This document shows positions 36,901 to 47,425 of a stretch of DNA of 64,000 bases, piece by piece. The position numbers and the translations under genes are program-made. The notes below the pieces were generated by a model. That model saw nothing but the letters and a program-made list of their open reading frames with translations. It did no database searches and was not told the origin of the DNA. Every line of letters starts with the position of its first letter. Within the stretch, counting starts at the first letter, position 1. Source of the DNA: Planctomycetaceae bacterium (GTDB lineage: Bacteria; Planctomycetota; Phycisphaerae; Sedimentisphaerales; UBA12454); assembly GCA_021371795.1 (NCBI GenBank), contig JAJFVK010000021.1, forward strand, positions 125,467-189,466. The letters run 5' to 3'.

Positions 36901-38877
36901 TTAAATTATCGACTTAATTTTTTCTGTCCATTTTTGAGCAGTTGCGTTTACATTGGCTTGTCTCTTTTGTAATTCCTTTGCAAAGCTGTTGCTTTCGAAC
37001 GTTCCGCGAACTGCGTCGAAATCAGCATCACGAATTTTTTCATCGCCATCGATGCCAAAACCGATTCGCGGCGGAACCTCAAATTCCTTTTGAGCGTCCT
37101 GAATAATCATCTCATACAGCTTATGACTTGCCTGCTGCCAAATATTGAGAATTTTAATCACGCCTTCCGAATCGATTTTATTTTTCAATATGCAGTTGAG
37201 CTTTTCGCACGCCCACGACCATTTATTGTCCTTGTAATCAGCAAAGCATTTTTGCAGTCTTTGCTGCACATCATCCATCGAAGTCAGCTTTCCGTTTTCA
37301 ATGTCGCCCAGCAGCAATTCGATATCCGATTGCGGAGCCAGCAGCCCCGCTGCATCGACCCACTTGCCAAGTCCGGAAGCCGGCTGGGCAAATATTTTTC
37401 CCAAATCATTGAGATTGTTCAAATTTGCATCGGCAAGTTTTGCTGTCAGACAATCGCCGAGGAATTTGTTAATCGCAAGCGTGTACAACTCTATGCCCTT
37501 GTGAATCCATGCGGCCTTCAAATGCAGATTCTGCGAGCACTGCACATCATTGCCGCCGGTTACCGCCTTTAAGTTCAACAGCGTTTCAAGACCGTTGATT
37601 ATCTTCTGAATGGTGTACGGGCTTAAAACATCAAAAATAATCAGGTCTGTTTTATTCGGGCATTTTCGTTCATCGCGTTTCGGCCATTTTTCACCGTCGC
37701 GGATAATGCCTACGGTTCGCAGATTCACGGCCGGCACAACAAAACATTTGTCGTCCTGTTCGTACATATATGAAAACGGCATATCGCCCGTATCGGGATG
37801 CTGATAGTGTCTTCCCATCACAACGCAAAACGCGCCGATTCGTACCGGATACATTACATAACCGTCGGAAGCCATTTTAGCGCCACGTTCGAAAATTCCC
37901 TGATGAACGGAGCCGACCTTATACATATGATTACTCTGATTCGTTCCGCTGCCTGCGTTGAAGAAACTGAACAGACCCGCGATAAGCAGAGTCGATTTGT
38001 GATGGCTGACGGTGTAAGGGCCTGCGAAAATTGAACAAATTTCACCGTGATGGAATCCGCAGTTAGCAAAGCATACGGAATTTTCAGCGGAGAATTGTTT
38101 GGTCATTCTCACGGCCTGACCGATAAAGCAATCGGAGATAATCGAGCCTTCGGAAATCTTCACGCCCTCGGCGATAATAAAATCCTTAGCGACAACGCTT
38201 GCGCCGACTTCGGTCGGGTCTTCCTTGCAGCTTTTGATTGTGCCATTTTCAAGGCGTTTGATGTTGCCGATAACAGCATACTGCCCGATTCGGACATTCT
38301 TAATCGTTCCGCAATTTGTCAGATGAGCGCCTTTGCAGATTGTACCCATATCGGATTTAACGCTGTCGGCATACTGCGTAATCATCTGTTCGAGTTTTTC
38401 CAGCACCTTTGTTTTGTGCCGATACAACGCCATAATATACGCGACCTGCGCAGAGAGATTGTCGTAAATCAGTATCTCGCGTCCGCCGGCTTCGTTTATC
38501 ACAACCGCTTTTGTGCCATTGCCGAAAGTCGTCTTCCCTTCGGTCGCCAGCAAATCGATATGCTCAATTATACACTCATCTTCAATGTTATAATTGGCTA
38601 TATGACTCAAAACATTCGAAATATAAACATTGTCGCCGATGACGCAGTTGTGAACATGCGCATTCAAAATACCTGCCGGCTTTAGCACACCGCCGTAAAA
38701 GCCGACCTGCTTATCGAAAATGCCGAGTTTTATTTTGCCGGAAAACGTTGCATTTTTAACATTGTCCGTTTTAAACCCCGGCAATACAAGAACGTCATTC
38801 CAGTTCGCACATTGGCAGTTTTGTTTTTCAAGCTGCTGAATCTGCGATTGCGTCAGCGGTATATGCTTATCTTTCAT
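36901..38877 (-). CDS. Hypothetical protein with left-handed beta-helix-like repeats (possibly a DUF4954-type family)
   Basis: 658 aa. The central region has iterated hexapeptide-like [LIV]-G-x-x-x-x motifs. The family assignment is from memory only. Confidence 0.4.
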   Translation of the reverse strand: MKDKHIPLTQSQIQQLEKQNCQCANWNDVLVLPGFKTDNVKNATFSGKIKLGIFDKQVGFYGGVLKPAGILNAHVHNCVIGDNVYISNVLSHIANYNIEDECIIEHIDLLATEGKTTFGNGTKAVVINEAGGREILIYDNLSAQVAYIMALYRHKTKVLEKLEQMITQYADSVKSDMGTICKGAHLTNCGTIKNVRIGQYAVIGNIKRLENGTIKSCKEDPTEVGASVVAKDFIIAEGVKISEGSIISDCFIGQAVRMTKQFSAENSVCFANCGFHHGEICSIFAGPYTVSHHKSTLLIAGLFSFFNAGSGTNQSNHMYKVGSVHQGIFERGAKMASDGYVMYPVRIGAFCVVMGRHYQHPDTGDMPFSYMYEQDDKCFVVPAVNLRTVGIIRDGEKWPKRDERKCPNKTDLIIFDVLSPYTIQKIINGLETLLNLKAVTGGNDVQCSQNLHLKAAWIHKGIELYTLAINKFLGDCLTAKLADANLNNLNDLGKIFAQPASGLGKWVDAAGLLAPQSDIELLLGDIENGKLTSMDDVQQRLQKCFADYKDNKWSWACEKLNCILKNKIDSEGVIKILNIWQQASHKLYEMIIQDAQKEFEVPPRIGFGIDGDEKIRDADFDAVRGTFESNSFAKELQKRQANVNATAQKWTEKIKSII

Positions 38878-39011
38878 CGTTTTAGTCTCCGATTATACCA
38901 ATTGGTATTATTGCTCGCGCGTCGTAAAGTTTGCAACTTCGCTGCCCGCTTCGCTTTACCCGCGGATTCCGCAGCGGCGGAACAGCACGAGATTTTTTTG
39001 AAAAATCGGCA

Positions 39012-40718
39012 TTATTTTTTGCCGGTTTCAGATTCCTTCTGCTGCTGCTGCTGCGAGAGCACCTGCATAATATTGCTTGCGCCGAGAATAGCCGCTGCAC
39101 CTTCGAATCCCTGACTATTGCCCTGAACCAAAACCGTCGGCACCTTAACTATATCGGGACTGGCTTTGGCGGCCTCAAGAATATCCTTGAGCATCGCAAG
39201 CTGTAAAACCCTGTCCTGACCAAGTACTTCCGTCTGCGCTTTTTGACCTTCGGCGATTTCAACTAATCTCATTTTTTCACCTTCACCGAGAAATTTAGCT
39301 GCATCCTTGCGGAATTCAGCAGCGTCTTTTTCGATTTGAGCGGCCATCAGAATCGGCTGTTGGTCTGCCATCGCGCGTTTCTTTTCGCTTTCGATTCTTG
39401 TTTCCTGCGCAATTTTTTCTTCTTCGAATGTTCGCTTGAGCTGGCCTGCGAGTTGTTCTCTCTGTTTGGAGACTAAAAGTTCAGGCGGAATAATCACATC
39501 GCCTATTCGTATTTCCTTAATCGAAATCCACGCCTTATCGCCTTCAGGAATAATCTTGGATTCAATTTCATCTTCTATTTCACTTCTCTTGTCTATTAAA
39601 TCAAATACCTTAATTTTTCCTGCGACGTTTCTTACGACACTTCGAATCGTCGGAGTTAAAATATCGTCCTCAATTTCCTGAATATTTCCAACAGATGCGA
39701 CGACATAAGGAGCGTTTTCCGGGGAGACCTGCACAAGCACTCGCAAATCCATCGGGAACTCCCAGCCTTCAACTTTAACTGCAATCGCCATATCGGCGGC
39801 ATTCGGATTAATCGGGATATCAGCTTCGCGGGTCTTCTGCTGAATTTGACCTTCCTGACTGATTTCAAGGTCTATCCAGCGACGATGGTAACCACCGCTG
39901 TATTCCCAGGTCTGAATGCGTGTATCAAATTCGATAACCTTAAAAGCATCGTCATTTAAATAATATTGGCCGGGCATTAAGACTTTTTTCCAAACGCCCT
40001 TGAATCCAACCGGCACAACTTCAGCTTTCAGATTGAGCCCTGTTACCACGCTTTCAATCGCATTTGGGTCTTCCTTAAGCTGCTGAACGTTAGACTTTAC
40101 AACGCCGACGTAACCTGCGGGAATATCCTTAACAGGCGTTTTGGCGTCAACAGTAAACAGGTAATTATTAATTCTGTATTTGCCCGGCTTGAGAACTGTA
40201 AGCTGCGAACCCTTTTGGCCGCCGTTTTTCAGAAAATACTCTGCGTTGAGCATATCCATAAATTTGCTCTCCTGCCATTCATCGGCAAAGACCTGTCCGC
40301 TTTTTAAAGGCAGACCGTCGCTTGCGACAATTTTGCCGCAGAATCCGCTCGGTATCTCCAGCACTGGAAAAAATTCGATTTTGTATATAACACGCAGAAA
40401 CGGCGAAAAATGGAAACCCGGCGTAAGAATTTGCGCCTGCGGGCCGTTCTCACCGTCAAACGCGATAACCTGTCCCGGCTTCATTTCTCTGCCGAGGTAT
40501 ATTTTTTTCAGATGGCCGACTTCATCGGAGCCGACAATCACGAATGAAGTTGAGGCAAAAAGAAAAATACCAATGCCGAAAAATAACACCGCCACCAGTT
40601 TAAAGCCTAAAGACCTGATTGCGTCTTCGTGATTAGTGGAATTTTTATCTCTTCTGCTCGAAACAAACAATCCGATAGCTGTTATTACAAAAACCAAACC
40701 TAAAAAAAACTGTACCAT
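39012..40718 (-). CDS. Flotillin-like SPFH/band-7 domain membrane protein
   Basis: 568 aa. N-terminal TM helix, SPFH domain, and a C-terminal Ala/Glu-rich coiled coil (AEFRKDAAKFLGEGEKMRLVEIAEGQKAQ). Confidence 0.6.
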   Translation of the reverse strand: MVQFFLGLVFVITAIGLFVSSRRDKNSTNHEDAIRSLGFKLVAVLFFGIGIFLFASTSFVIVGSDEVGHLKKIYLGREMKPGQVIAFDGENGPQAQILTPGFHFSPFLRVIYKIEFFPVLEIPSGFCGKIVASDGLPLKSGQVFADEWQESKFMDMLNAEYFLKNGGQKGSQLTVLKPGKYRINNYLFTVDAKTPVKDIPAGYVGVVKSNVQQLKEDPNAIESVVTGLNLKAEVVPVGFKGVWKKVLMPGQYYLNDDAFKVIEFDTRIQTWEYSGGYHRRWIDLEISQEGQIQQKTREADIPINPNAADMAIAVKVEGWEFPMDLRVLVQVSPENAPYVVASVGNIQEIEDDILTPTIRSVVRNVAGKIKVFDLIDKRSEIEDEIESKIIPEGDKAWISIKEIRIGDVIIPPELLVSKQREQLAGQLKRTFEEEKIAQETRIESEKKRAMADQQPILMAAQIEKDAAEFRKDAAKFLGEGEKMRLVEIAEGQKAQTEVLGQDRVLQLAMLKDILEAAKASPDIVKVPTVLVQGNSQGFEGAAAILGASNIMQVLSQQQQQKESETGKK

Positions 40719-40978
40719 TTTCCGTCTCCTTAAAAACCATAAAGGTTAACTGTGTGAAAATTATCAAACCTCTGTACTTCCATATTTTTAACTCATCCGT
40801 GCATCCTTATACATAAGGCCAACATTATACGAAATATACATCGCAAAACAATAATAAAAAATCTTCAAAAAAGGATAAATCCGTAACAAAACCGTAACAT
40901 ACGAAGTTTAAAATTCAAAGCTAAAAGTGCAAAACTAATTTAGCTGGTAAAAGTAAGGAAAAATGTTAATTTATTAAA

Positions 40979-42970
40979 ATGGAGTCAAAAATGAAAACAC
41001 TGAACGTAACCATGTTTATCCTCCTGACTTTTTGCGGGGTGATATCCGCCGCTGCCGAAGTCAAATCAGCCGCTGTTTTGCTGCAGGAGGGAATTTACGC
41101 CGAGGAGACCGAAGGCAACCTCGACAAGGCAATGGGAATCTACACACAAATCCGCAGCGATTATAATGACGTCGAACGAATCGCAGCCAGAGCGACTTAT
41201 CAATTGGGCGCTTGTTATTTGAAAAAAGGAGACAAGGAACAAGCGGCTAAATATTTTGAGGAAGTCGTCGAATATTTCCCGCAGCAAAAAGCCATCGTCG
41301 AGAAAGCACAGCAGCAGCTTGACAAATTAGGAATCAAAAAAACCGGCGAATTAGACAGCATCTCAAGCGAACTTGTAAAATATTTGTTTGATTTACAGCG
41401 TGACACCTACGCGCAGGCAAAAAAACTGGGAATCAAAAGCAACACCATTGTACATATCGTCGATGAGTCATTTGTAAGAATTCAGGCCGGATTAGTTACG
41501 ATAGAAAACGACTCTGACAAGCAGATGGAGGGCGATATCACGCTCGGCAACTCCGGCAGCAACGCCCAACTGGAACTTTATGACGAAAATCTTCAGCAGC
41601 AGAAGTTCAGAATTGAAGACAATCCTCAAAAGAGCCCAAAATATACATTTATATGGACTGCCGACAAACCGCTATTGCCGGGCGAAACTAAAACTCTCGG
41701 ATACAGAGCGGTTATGCCTGAACCTCTGCCGAAATCGGCCAAAGGTTACGAAATGACTATGGCCAATATGTTTGGCGATAAGGTAATCGAAAATTTCGTC
41801 GCGGTAATACCAACAAGCCTGGAAATAACTAATAATGGAACTAAAAACATAACATCACATCGAAGAATCGGTAATTTTGATGTTTACGTATGGCAAAAAA
41901 ATGTCCCGCTAAACACTATGCACGAAGAAAATATTGTATTAGGGACAAGGTCGGTTTATTCAGAATCAGCCAAACCAACTGTTGTGGATAGTTTCCCGAA
42001 AGCTTATTCAAATGACATTGACCCGGCAACAAAGGAAATCTCTGTAACATTTGATGAAGATATGTTCCAGCACGGCTGGTCATGGTGCAGAACCGGTCCT
42101 CTTAGTGACTACCCGACAGTTCTTGGCAATCCGAAATGGAGAGACAACAGAACCTGCGTACTGCCGGTTAAAGTCGAGCCTGCTCGCTCCTATCTTGTGA
42201 TAATTAACTACGCCCCTTACGAAAGCTTTAAAAACACCGATATGATACCGGCAAAAACTTATGCGATAGTATTCGCAACAAAAGACAATGCCGGCAATTC
42301 GACCCAAATCCGTGCAGACCTCCTCCAAAAAGCACAGGAAATTAACGCAAACAGCACCAATCCAGAACCAATCCTGAACACCGTACCGGCAAAAGTAAGA
42401 GAATATATTGTTGGAGAGTTTTACAAAACTTTTGAAAAGGCAACGGAAAAAGGCCTGCGAACCAACAGCCATGTGCATATAATTGATAAAGATTTGAACC
42501 GCAGCTTTGGCAATGTAGAAATATTCTACAATTCCACAAGCGAAGCAATGGATGGCGAAATTGCAATGGGTTCGAACGATTCGTCTGATATTTACATTTA
42601 TGATGAAAAAGGCGTCAAACAGAAAATCAGGACGTTCAAAATCCCCGCAAGCAATTACAGATATTTCTGGACACCATCAGAGCCGATTGAGCCGAATGAA
42701 AAACGAATGCTGTTTTATAGCTATCCATTCAACAGCAAATTAACCGCAGATGCCAATCAGCAATGTGCCTTAACAATGCAGAATCATTATGGTTCACCTG
42801 TAATTGAGGATTTTTATGTCGTCGTGCCGGCAAATTTCGAAATAACTTCGCAAACAGAACCTTATACAAGCCGGGGAACAGCCGAAAGTTTCGATATTTA
42901 CTGCTGGAGCAAAGAACAGGGAACTGATGTCGTGCACAAAGTACAAATAACGCTTGCTAAAAAGAACTAA
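40979..42970 (+). CDS. Secreted protein, paralog 1: signal peptide, TPR-like module, tandem ~150 aa repeats, bacterial Ig-like domain
   Basis: 663 aa. A TPR-like block (residues ~33-120) is about 80% identical to a block in the next gene. An SbsA-type Ig-like domain (KPTVVDSFP...ISVTFDEDM) is present. Internal duplication YDE..QK.R...PGE...VIEDF..V.P..EIT. Confidence 0.55.
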   Translation: MESKMKTLNVTMFILLTFCGVISAAAEVKSAAVLLQEGIYAEETEGNLDKAMGIYTQIRSDYNDVERIAARATYQLGACYLKKGDKEQAAKYFEEVVEYFPQQKAIVEKAQQQLDKLGIKKTGELDSISSELVKYLFDLQRDTYAQAKKLGIKSNTIVHIVDESFVRIQAGLVTIENDSDKQMEGDITLGNSGSNAQLELYDENLQQQKFRIEDNPQKSPKYTFIWTADKPLLPGETKTLGYRAVMPEPLPKSAKGYEMTMANMFGDKVIENFVAVIPTSLEITNNGTKNITSHRRIGNFDVYVWQKNVPLNTMHEENIVLGTRSVYSESAKPTVVDSFPKAYSNDIDPATKEISVTFDEDMFQHGWSWCRTGPLSDYPTVLGNPKWRDNRTCVLPVKVEPARSYLVIINYAPYESFKNTDMIPAKTYAIVFATKDNAGNSTQIRADLLQKAQEINANSTNPEPILNTVPAKVREYIVGEFYKTFEKATEKGLRTNSHVHIIDKDLNRSFGNVEIFYNSTSEAMDGEIAMGSNDSSDIYIYDEKGVKQKIRTFKIPASNYRYFWTPSEPIEPNEKRMLFYSYPFNSKLTADANQQCALTMQNHYGSPVIEDFYVVVPANFEITSQTEPYTSRGTAESFDIYCWSKEQGTDVVHKVQITLAKKN

Positions 42971-42987
42971 AAACAAGGAGACTTAAA

Positions 42988-45594
42988 ATGAAAAATTATA
43001 AAAAAATATTTTGTTTTACAATGGCTGTGGTTTTATCAACTTTAATTACTTTAGCAAATGCCGCTGCGCCAAAGGTCGTCAAAACAATCCCCGCAAACGG
43101 CCAGCAGGATGTATCGCCTGCACTGGCGCAGATTACTATCGAATTCGACCAGGATATGGACACCGGCGGAATGTCAATTTGCGGCGGCGGACCAAATTAT
43201 CCGCAAGGCGGCAAAGCACATTGGATAAACAATAGAACGCTTGTAAAGGATGTCAAACTCCAGCCAAATCACGAATATGAAATGAGCGTGAATTGTCCGA
43301 GCTATCAGAATTGCAAAGGCACCAACGGCGAACCGGCGGAAATTTATCCGCTGTCGTTCAAAACCGGTTCAGGCTCGGCAAAGCAAAACGCAAACGCGTC
43401 TTTGCAGCAATCTTCCGTTCTGCTCCAGCAGGGAATTTACGCCGAGGAAACCGAGGGTAATCTCGAAAAAGCAATGGGAATTTACACGCAAATTCTTACG
43501 GATTACACCGAGGTTGAACGCATCGCTGCAAGAGCGGCATATCAGCTTGGCAACTGTTATTTAAAAAAAGGCGACAAGGAAACCGCCGCTAAATACCTTG
43601 AGCAGGTAGTAACCAATTTTGCATCACAAAAAACAATCGCCGAAAAAGCACAGGCACAACTTGATAAAATTAAACCAGTGGACGATGTAATTTCCAGAAG
43701 TTATATCATCCACTACAAGGCCGTTGATCAATCACAGGATGCCTTTGAAATATACAGGCAAAATCGTGCTGACGGTGTCAGAACACATCATGCAAGCCGC
43801 TATACAGAGAATGGCCAAACAATAAACAGCATTTGCACATATACAAACGAAGAAAAAGACAAACTAATAGATGCAATCAACAAAAATAGCAAATTGACGC
43901 TGGTAAAAGTAGAATCACCAAAAGCCGCAAAACTTGTACAGGAAATGTACAACGATATAGATGCAAATGGTTTGATACATTTTAAAATGCCGAACAAAAT
44001 CAAAAATGATGGTTCAGAGCCAATTACAACTAATGGCTTCATCAATTCCGATTTTGTTTCATTAACGAAAATGTATGAGACTAACGGCACAGTGATACCA
44101 TTTGAAACAACTCATGAAGGCAATATCTATCGTTATAAAATCACATTCAATAAACCAATAATGCCGGGCGAGGAATTTACATATTTTAGTGAAGGCACAA
44201 TAAGAGGCCTGATAACATCGGTCGTCGGCCAGACAAACACTTTCAGATATTTTATGAATCATTCCCCCGCCTCTGGCGTACCGACTTTGCGTAAAGAAAC
44301 ATATCTGTTGCCAAAAGACGCAGAAGTTATTTTGACAAGTCCGGGTATGCAGCAGACTGCAAAAGACGGCAGAATTGAACTGCACGTTGAAAAAGTAATC
44401 CCTCCCGGCGGAAGTATTTTAACTGAATTTCAATATAAACTCGCCGGAGCAACAATCGCTGCAGCCAAACCTCTAAAACTTGAGATTGCGCCATGGCGTG
44501 AAAACGAGATGCTTCGTTATGATTTAAAAACCATGGCTAATGCGAAAATCGGCGAAATAATATATACCGTTGATAATATTCTGCGAACAGATAACAACGA
44601 TATATGCCGAATTGAATCTTATATAAGCGTTGCGGCAAACAACACGCAGCAATTTACGCAGGTAGATGCAAGGATTGATGATATGACTCCAATCTACGGC
44701 AGAACTAAAAATCAGTTGGGATATTTTGAGGCAAATTATCTGCCAAATAAAATAAATTTAACAATAAAGACATCTTCAAAATCGCAGAACAACGAATTTA
44801 CTCCGCAGGAAACTGTTTATGACAATGAAGAAGCATTGTATCTCATCCGCAGAATGCCGCTGGCAGAGAATTATACCGGGAAATTCAATATCTTTCCCGT
44901 TCAAAGTGGTGCAATTTGCCAGTCTGAAATCAAAGTTACAGGTAAAGAGCAAATTACTGTACCAGCCGGTACTTTCGATTGTTTTAAAATCGAATTGGCC
45001 GTCTATACCAACGAAATAAAAGCATTGCAGCATAACGTTTGGATATCAGCGGATAAAAACAAATATCTGGTCAAATATGATTCAGGTCAGGCAATCATGG
45101 AATTGTCACAAATCGGCTTTACGACAAATGTTCCAAATGAAACGACGCAGGAAGGTGTCTCATTTAAACTTCCGGTCGGATGGTACAGCATGATAAATCA
45201 GCAGGAAAGCGGATATAAATTCTCAATCCAAATTATCAGTCCGCAAATGGAAAGTTGGGCAGTATTGACAGCCGCACAAGGTGAAGGTATTACATCAATG
45301 TTCAGTTCGCCGAAACAGGCAGCCGAGGAAGATATCAAGGTTTTGAAAGGTTATTTCAAAAACTATACTGTAAGAGAAAACAGATGGAAGGATTTGACTA
45401 TCGATGCGACGCCGGCAGCAGCTTATGAGGCCGACTACGAAGAAAAAGACTCCGCGATGGTTGAGTATCGAACATATATTCTCGGTAAATCAACTGTTTA
45501 CTGGTTTGTATTTCGCGTTGAAAAAGATAAATTCGAAGCAAATAAGGCAGATTTCGATTCCATAATTAACAGTTTCAGAACCAATGCAAAATAA
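42988..45594 (+). CDS. Secreted protein, paralog 2: signal peptide, Ig-like domain, TPR-like module, large C-terminal region
   Basis: 868 aa. N-terminal Ig-like domain (PKVVKTIPANGQQDVSPALAQITIEFDQDMD), then the shared TPR-like block. The domain order is swapped relative to paralog 1. Confidence 0.55.
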   Translation: MKNYKKIFCFTMAVVLSTLITLANAAAPKVVKTIPANGQQDVSPALAQITIEFDQDMDTGGMSICGGGPNYPQGGKAHWINNRTLVKDVKLQPNHEYEMSVNCPSYQNCKGTNGEPAEIYPLSFKTGSGSAKQNANASLQQSSVLLQQGIYAEETEGNLEKAMGIYTQILTDYTEVERIAARAAYQLGNCYLKKGDKETAAKYLEQVVTNFASQKTIAEKAQAQLDKIKPVDDVISRSYIIHYKAVDQSQDAFEIYRQNRADGVRTHHASRYTENGQTINSICTYTNEEKDKLIDAINKNSKLTLVKVESPKAAKLVQEMYNDIDANGLIHFKMPNKIKNDGSEPITTNGFINSDFVSLTKMYETNGTVIPFETTHEGNIYRYKITFNKPIMPGEEFTYFSEGTIRGLITSVVGQTNTFRYFMNHSPASGVPTLRKETYLLPKDAEVILTSPGMQQTAKDGRIELHVEKVIPPGGSILTEFQYKLAGATIAAAKPLKLEIAPWRENEMLRYDLKTMANAKIGEIIYTVDNILRTDNNDICRIESYISVAANNTQQFTQVDARIDDMTPIYGRTKNQLGYFEANYLPNKINLTIKTSSKSQNNEFTPQETVYDNEEALYLIRRMPLAENYTGKFNIFPVQSGAICQSEIKVTGKEQITVPAGTFDCFKIELAVYTNEIKALQHNVWISADKNKYLVKYDSGQAIMELSQIGFTTNVPNETTQEGVSFKLPVGWYSMINQQESGYKFSIQIISPQMESWAVLTAAQGEGITSMFSSPKQAAEEDIKVLKGYFKNYTVRENRWKDLTIDATPAAAYEADYEEKDSAMVEYRTYILGKSTVYWFVFRVEKDKFEANKADFDSIINSFRTNAK

Positions 45595-47416
45595 AATTAA
45601 AAATTCGAATCAACTTCGGTGGGTAATATTGCTGCTTGCGATAGCGGTGATACTGCCCACTGCCTGTTTGCTTTGGTTTATGACGCAGGCGGTCAGAAAC
45701 GAACGTTTGGCGATACGGCAAAAGCTTATCGACAGCTATACCGCACGCGGGCAGGAAATTTTCAAAAAAGCGACAGAAAATTTTACAAACGATACAAATA
45801 ATTTTTCGTCAACCGTTCAATATGTTCCGCAAAAATTTTCCATTCCATCTGAAGCACTGCAAAAAGCAAAAAAACTTGAATTTACTGACGGCGATATCAC
45901 CGGTGCCCTTGCGGAATACGAAAAAAACAAAATTTATTCCGACCCTGCGGTTGTTTATGTTGGCTTAATCGGGCAGGCTAGGTGTCTGAAATATTTACAC
46001 AGATACGATGAGGCAATTAATATCTGCCGACAGTGCATTGACACACAATATTTCAATGATGAGCAAAAAGCAAAAGCGGGATTATTGTTAATTGATTTGT
46101 ATCGTAAAACAAACAATCAGGACTTGCAAAAAGAGCTAAAACGACTGTTTACCGTAAATTTGTCGATTCCAACGGAAACACAGGTGTTCATTTTAGACAG
46201 GCTGACTAAAATAGCAAATGAGGAAAATCTCACACAAAATCTGCCGAAGGAAATCCTTTCTGCTCAAAAGTTCATCGACTCGGCAAATTTAACTATTGCC
46301 GCGACTGATTTCCTGGACAAAAACAACATTACAACCGAACCGAACGAATCGTTTTTCAAAATCGCAACTGCCCCGCCGATGTACGGCATATATCAGAATA
46401 AAAATCTTCTTTTGGTTACGCAAGAGAAGATGACGCAGTTCTGGCAAAAGAGCATCGACGATTTTACAGACAATTTGGTTTTCTGCAAAATCCATGACGA
46501 TACAGGAACAATAATTAATAAAAATACGACCGATGGTGAATTATTTTCAACTCTGAAACTAAGTAATAATTTCACCGGCTGGAAAACTGAACTTTATCTT
46601 CGTTCCGGCGTTTTTAAAGAAGCCGCCGACAAAAAAAGAGTCATTTATATCTGGGTCGCTTCAATTGTGATTATTCTGATGCTCGCAAGCACACTTCTGG
46701 CAAGCTCGGCGGTTTTAAAACAGGCAAAACTCAACAAGCTCAAAAACGATTTCATCGCAACCATTACGCACGAACTAAAAACTCCGTTGGCGTCAACTCG
46801 CCTGCTGGTCGATACGCTTTTGGAAAACAAATGCCAAAACAAGCAGCAGGAGATGGAATATTTGCAGCTTATCGCGAAAGAAAACGCCCGCCTTGGTCGG
46901 CTGATTGATAATTTCCTGACATTCAGCCGAATGGAACGCAACAAGCAGGTTTTTGAAATTACAAAGACAAGCCCTGTCGAAATCGCAACCGCTGCCGCCG
47001 AGGCAATGCACGCGAAATTTGAAAACGCCAATGTGCACTTCACGCTCGATATCGCCAAGCCTATGCCGATGGTAAACGCCGACAAAGACGCGATAACAAC
47101 AGTACTTGTAAATTTGCTCGATAACGCGTATAAATACTCGAACGAAAATAAGCAGATTGAACTGAATGTATTCGTTGAAGATTCAAACGTTTGCTTTGTG
47201 GTAAAGGATAATGGTATTGGAATGACGCGGAGGCAGATGAATAAAGTGTTTGATAAATTTTATCAGGCCGATAGCTCCCTGTCCCGCAAAGTCGAGGGAA
47301 CAGGTCTTGGCCTTTCGATAGTTAAATTTATCGTCGATGCGCATAAAGGCAAAATCAGCGTCGAAAGTAAAATCGCAAAAGGAAGTGAATTTATCGTCAG
47401 GATACCAACTGTATAA
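45584..47416 (+). CDS. Sensor histidine kinase with a periplasmic TPR-like sensor domain
   Basis: 610 aa. Two TM helices, H-box ITHELKTPLAS, N/G boxes (LLDNAYKYS, DNGIGM, GTGLGL). The start overlaps the end of paralog 2. Confidence 0.75.
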   Translation: MQNKIKNSNQLRWVILLLAIAVILPTACLLWFMTQAVRNERLAIRQKLIDSYTARGQEIFKKATENFTNDTNNFSSTVQYVPQKFSIPSEALQKAKKLEFTDGDITGALAEYEKNKIYSDPAVVYVGLIGQARCLKYLHRYDEAINICRQCIDTQYFNDEQKAKAGLLLIDLYRKTNNQDLQKELKRLFTVNLSIPTETQVFILDRLTKIANEENLTQNLPKEILSAQKFIDSANLTIAATDFLDKNNITTEPNESFFKIATAPPMYGIYQNKNLLLVTQEKMTQFWQKSIDDFTDNLVFCKIHDDTGTIINKNTTDGELFSTLKLSNNFTGWKTELYLRSGVFKEAADKKRVIYIWVASIVIILMLASTLLASSAVLKQAKLNKLKNDFIATITHELKTPLASTRLLVDTLLENKCQNKQQEMEYLQLIAKENARLGRLIDNFLTFSRMERNKQVFEITKTSPVEIATAAAEAMHAKFENANVHFTLDIAKPMPMVNADKDAITTVLVNLLDNAYKYSNENKQIELNVFVEDSNVCFVVKDNGIGMTRRQMNKVFDKFYQADSSLSRKVEGTGLGLSIVKFIVDAHKGKISVESKIAKGSEFIVRIPTV

Positions 47417-47425
47417 GGAGCAGCT

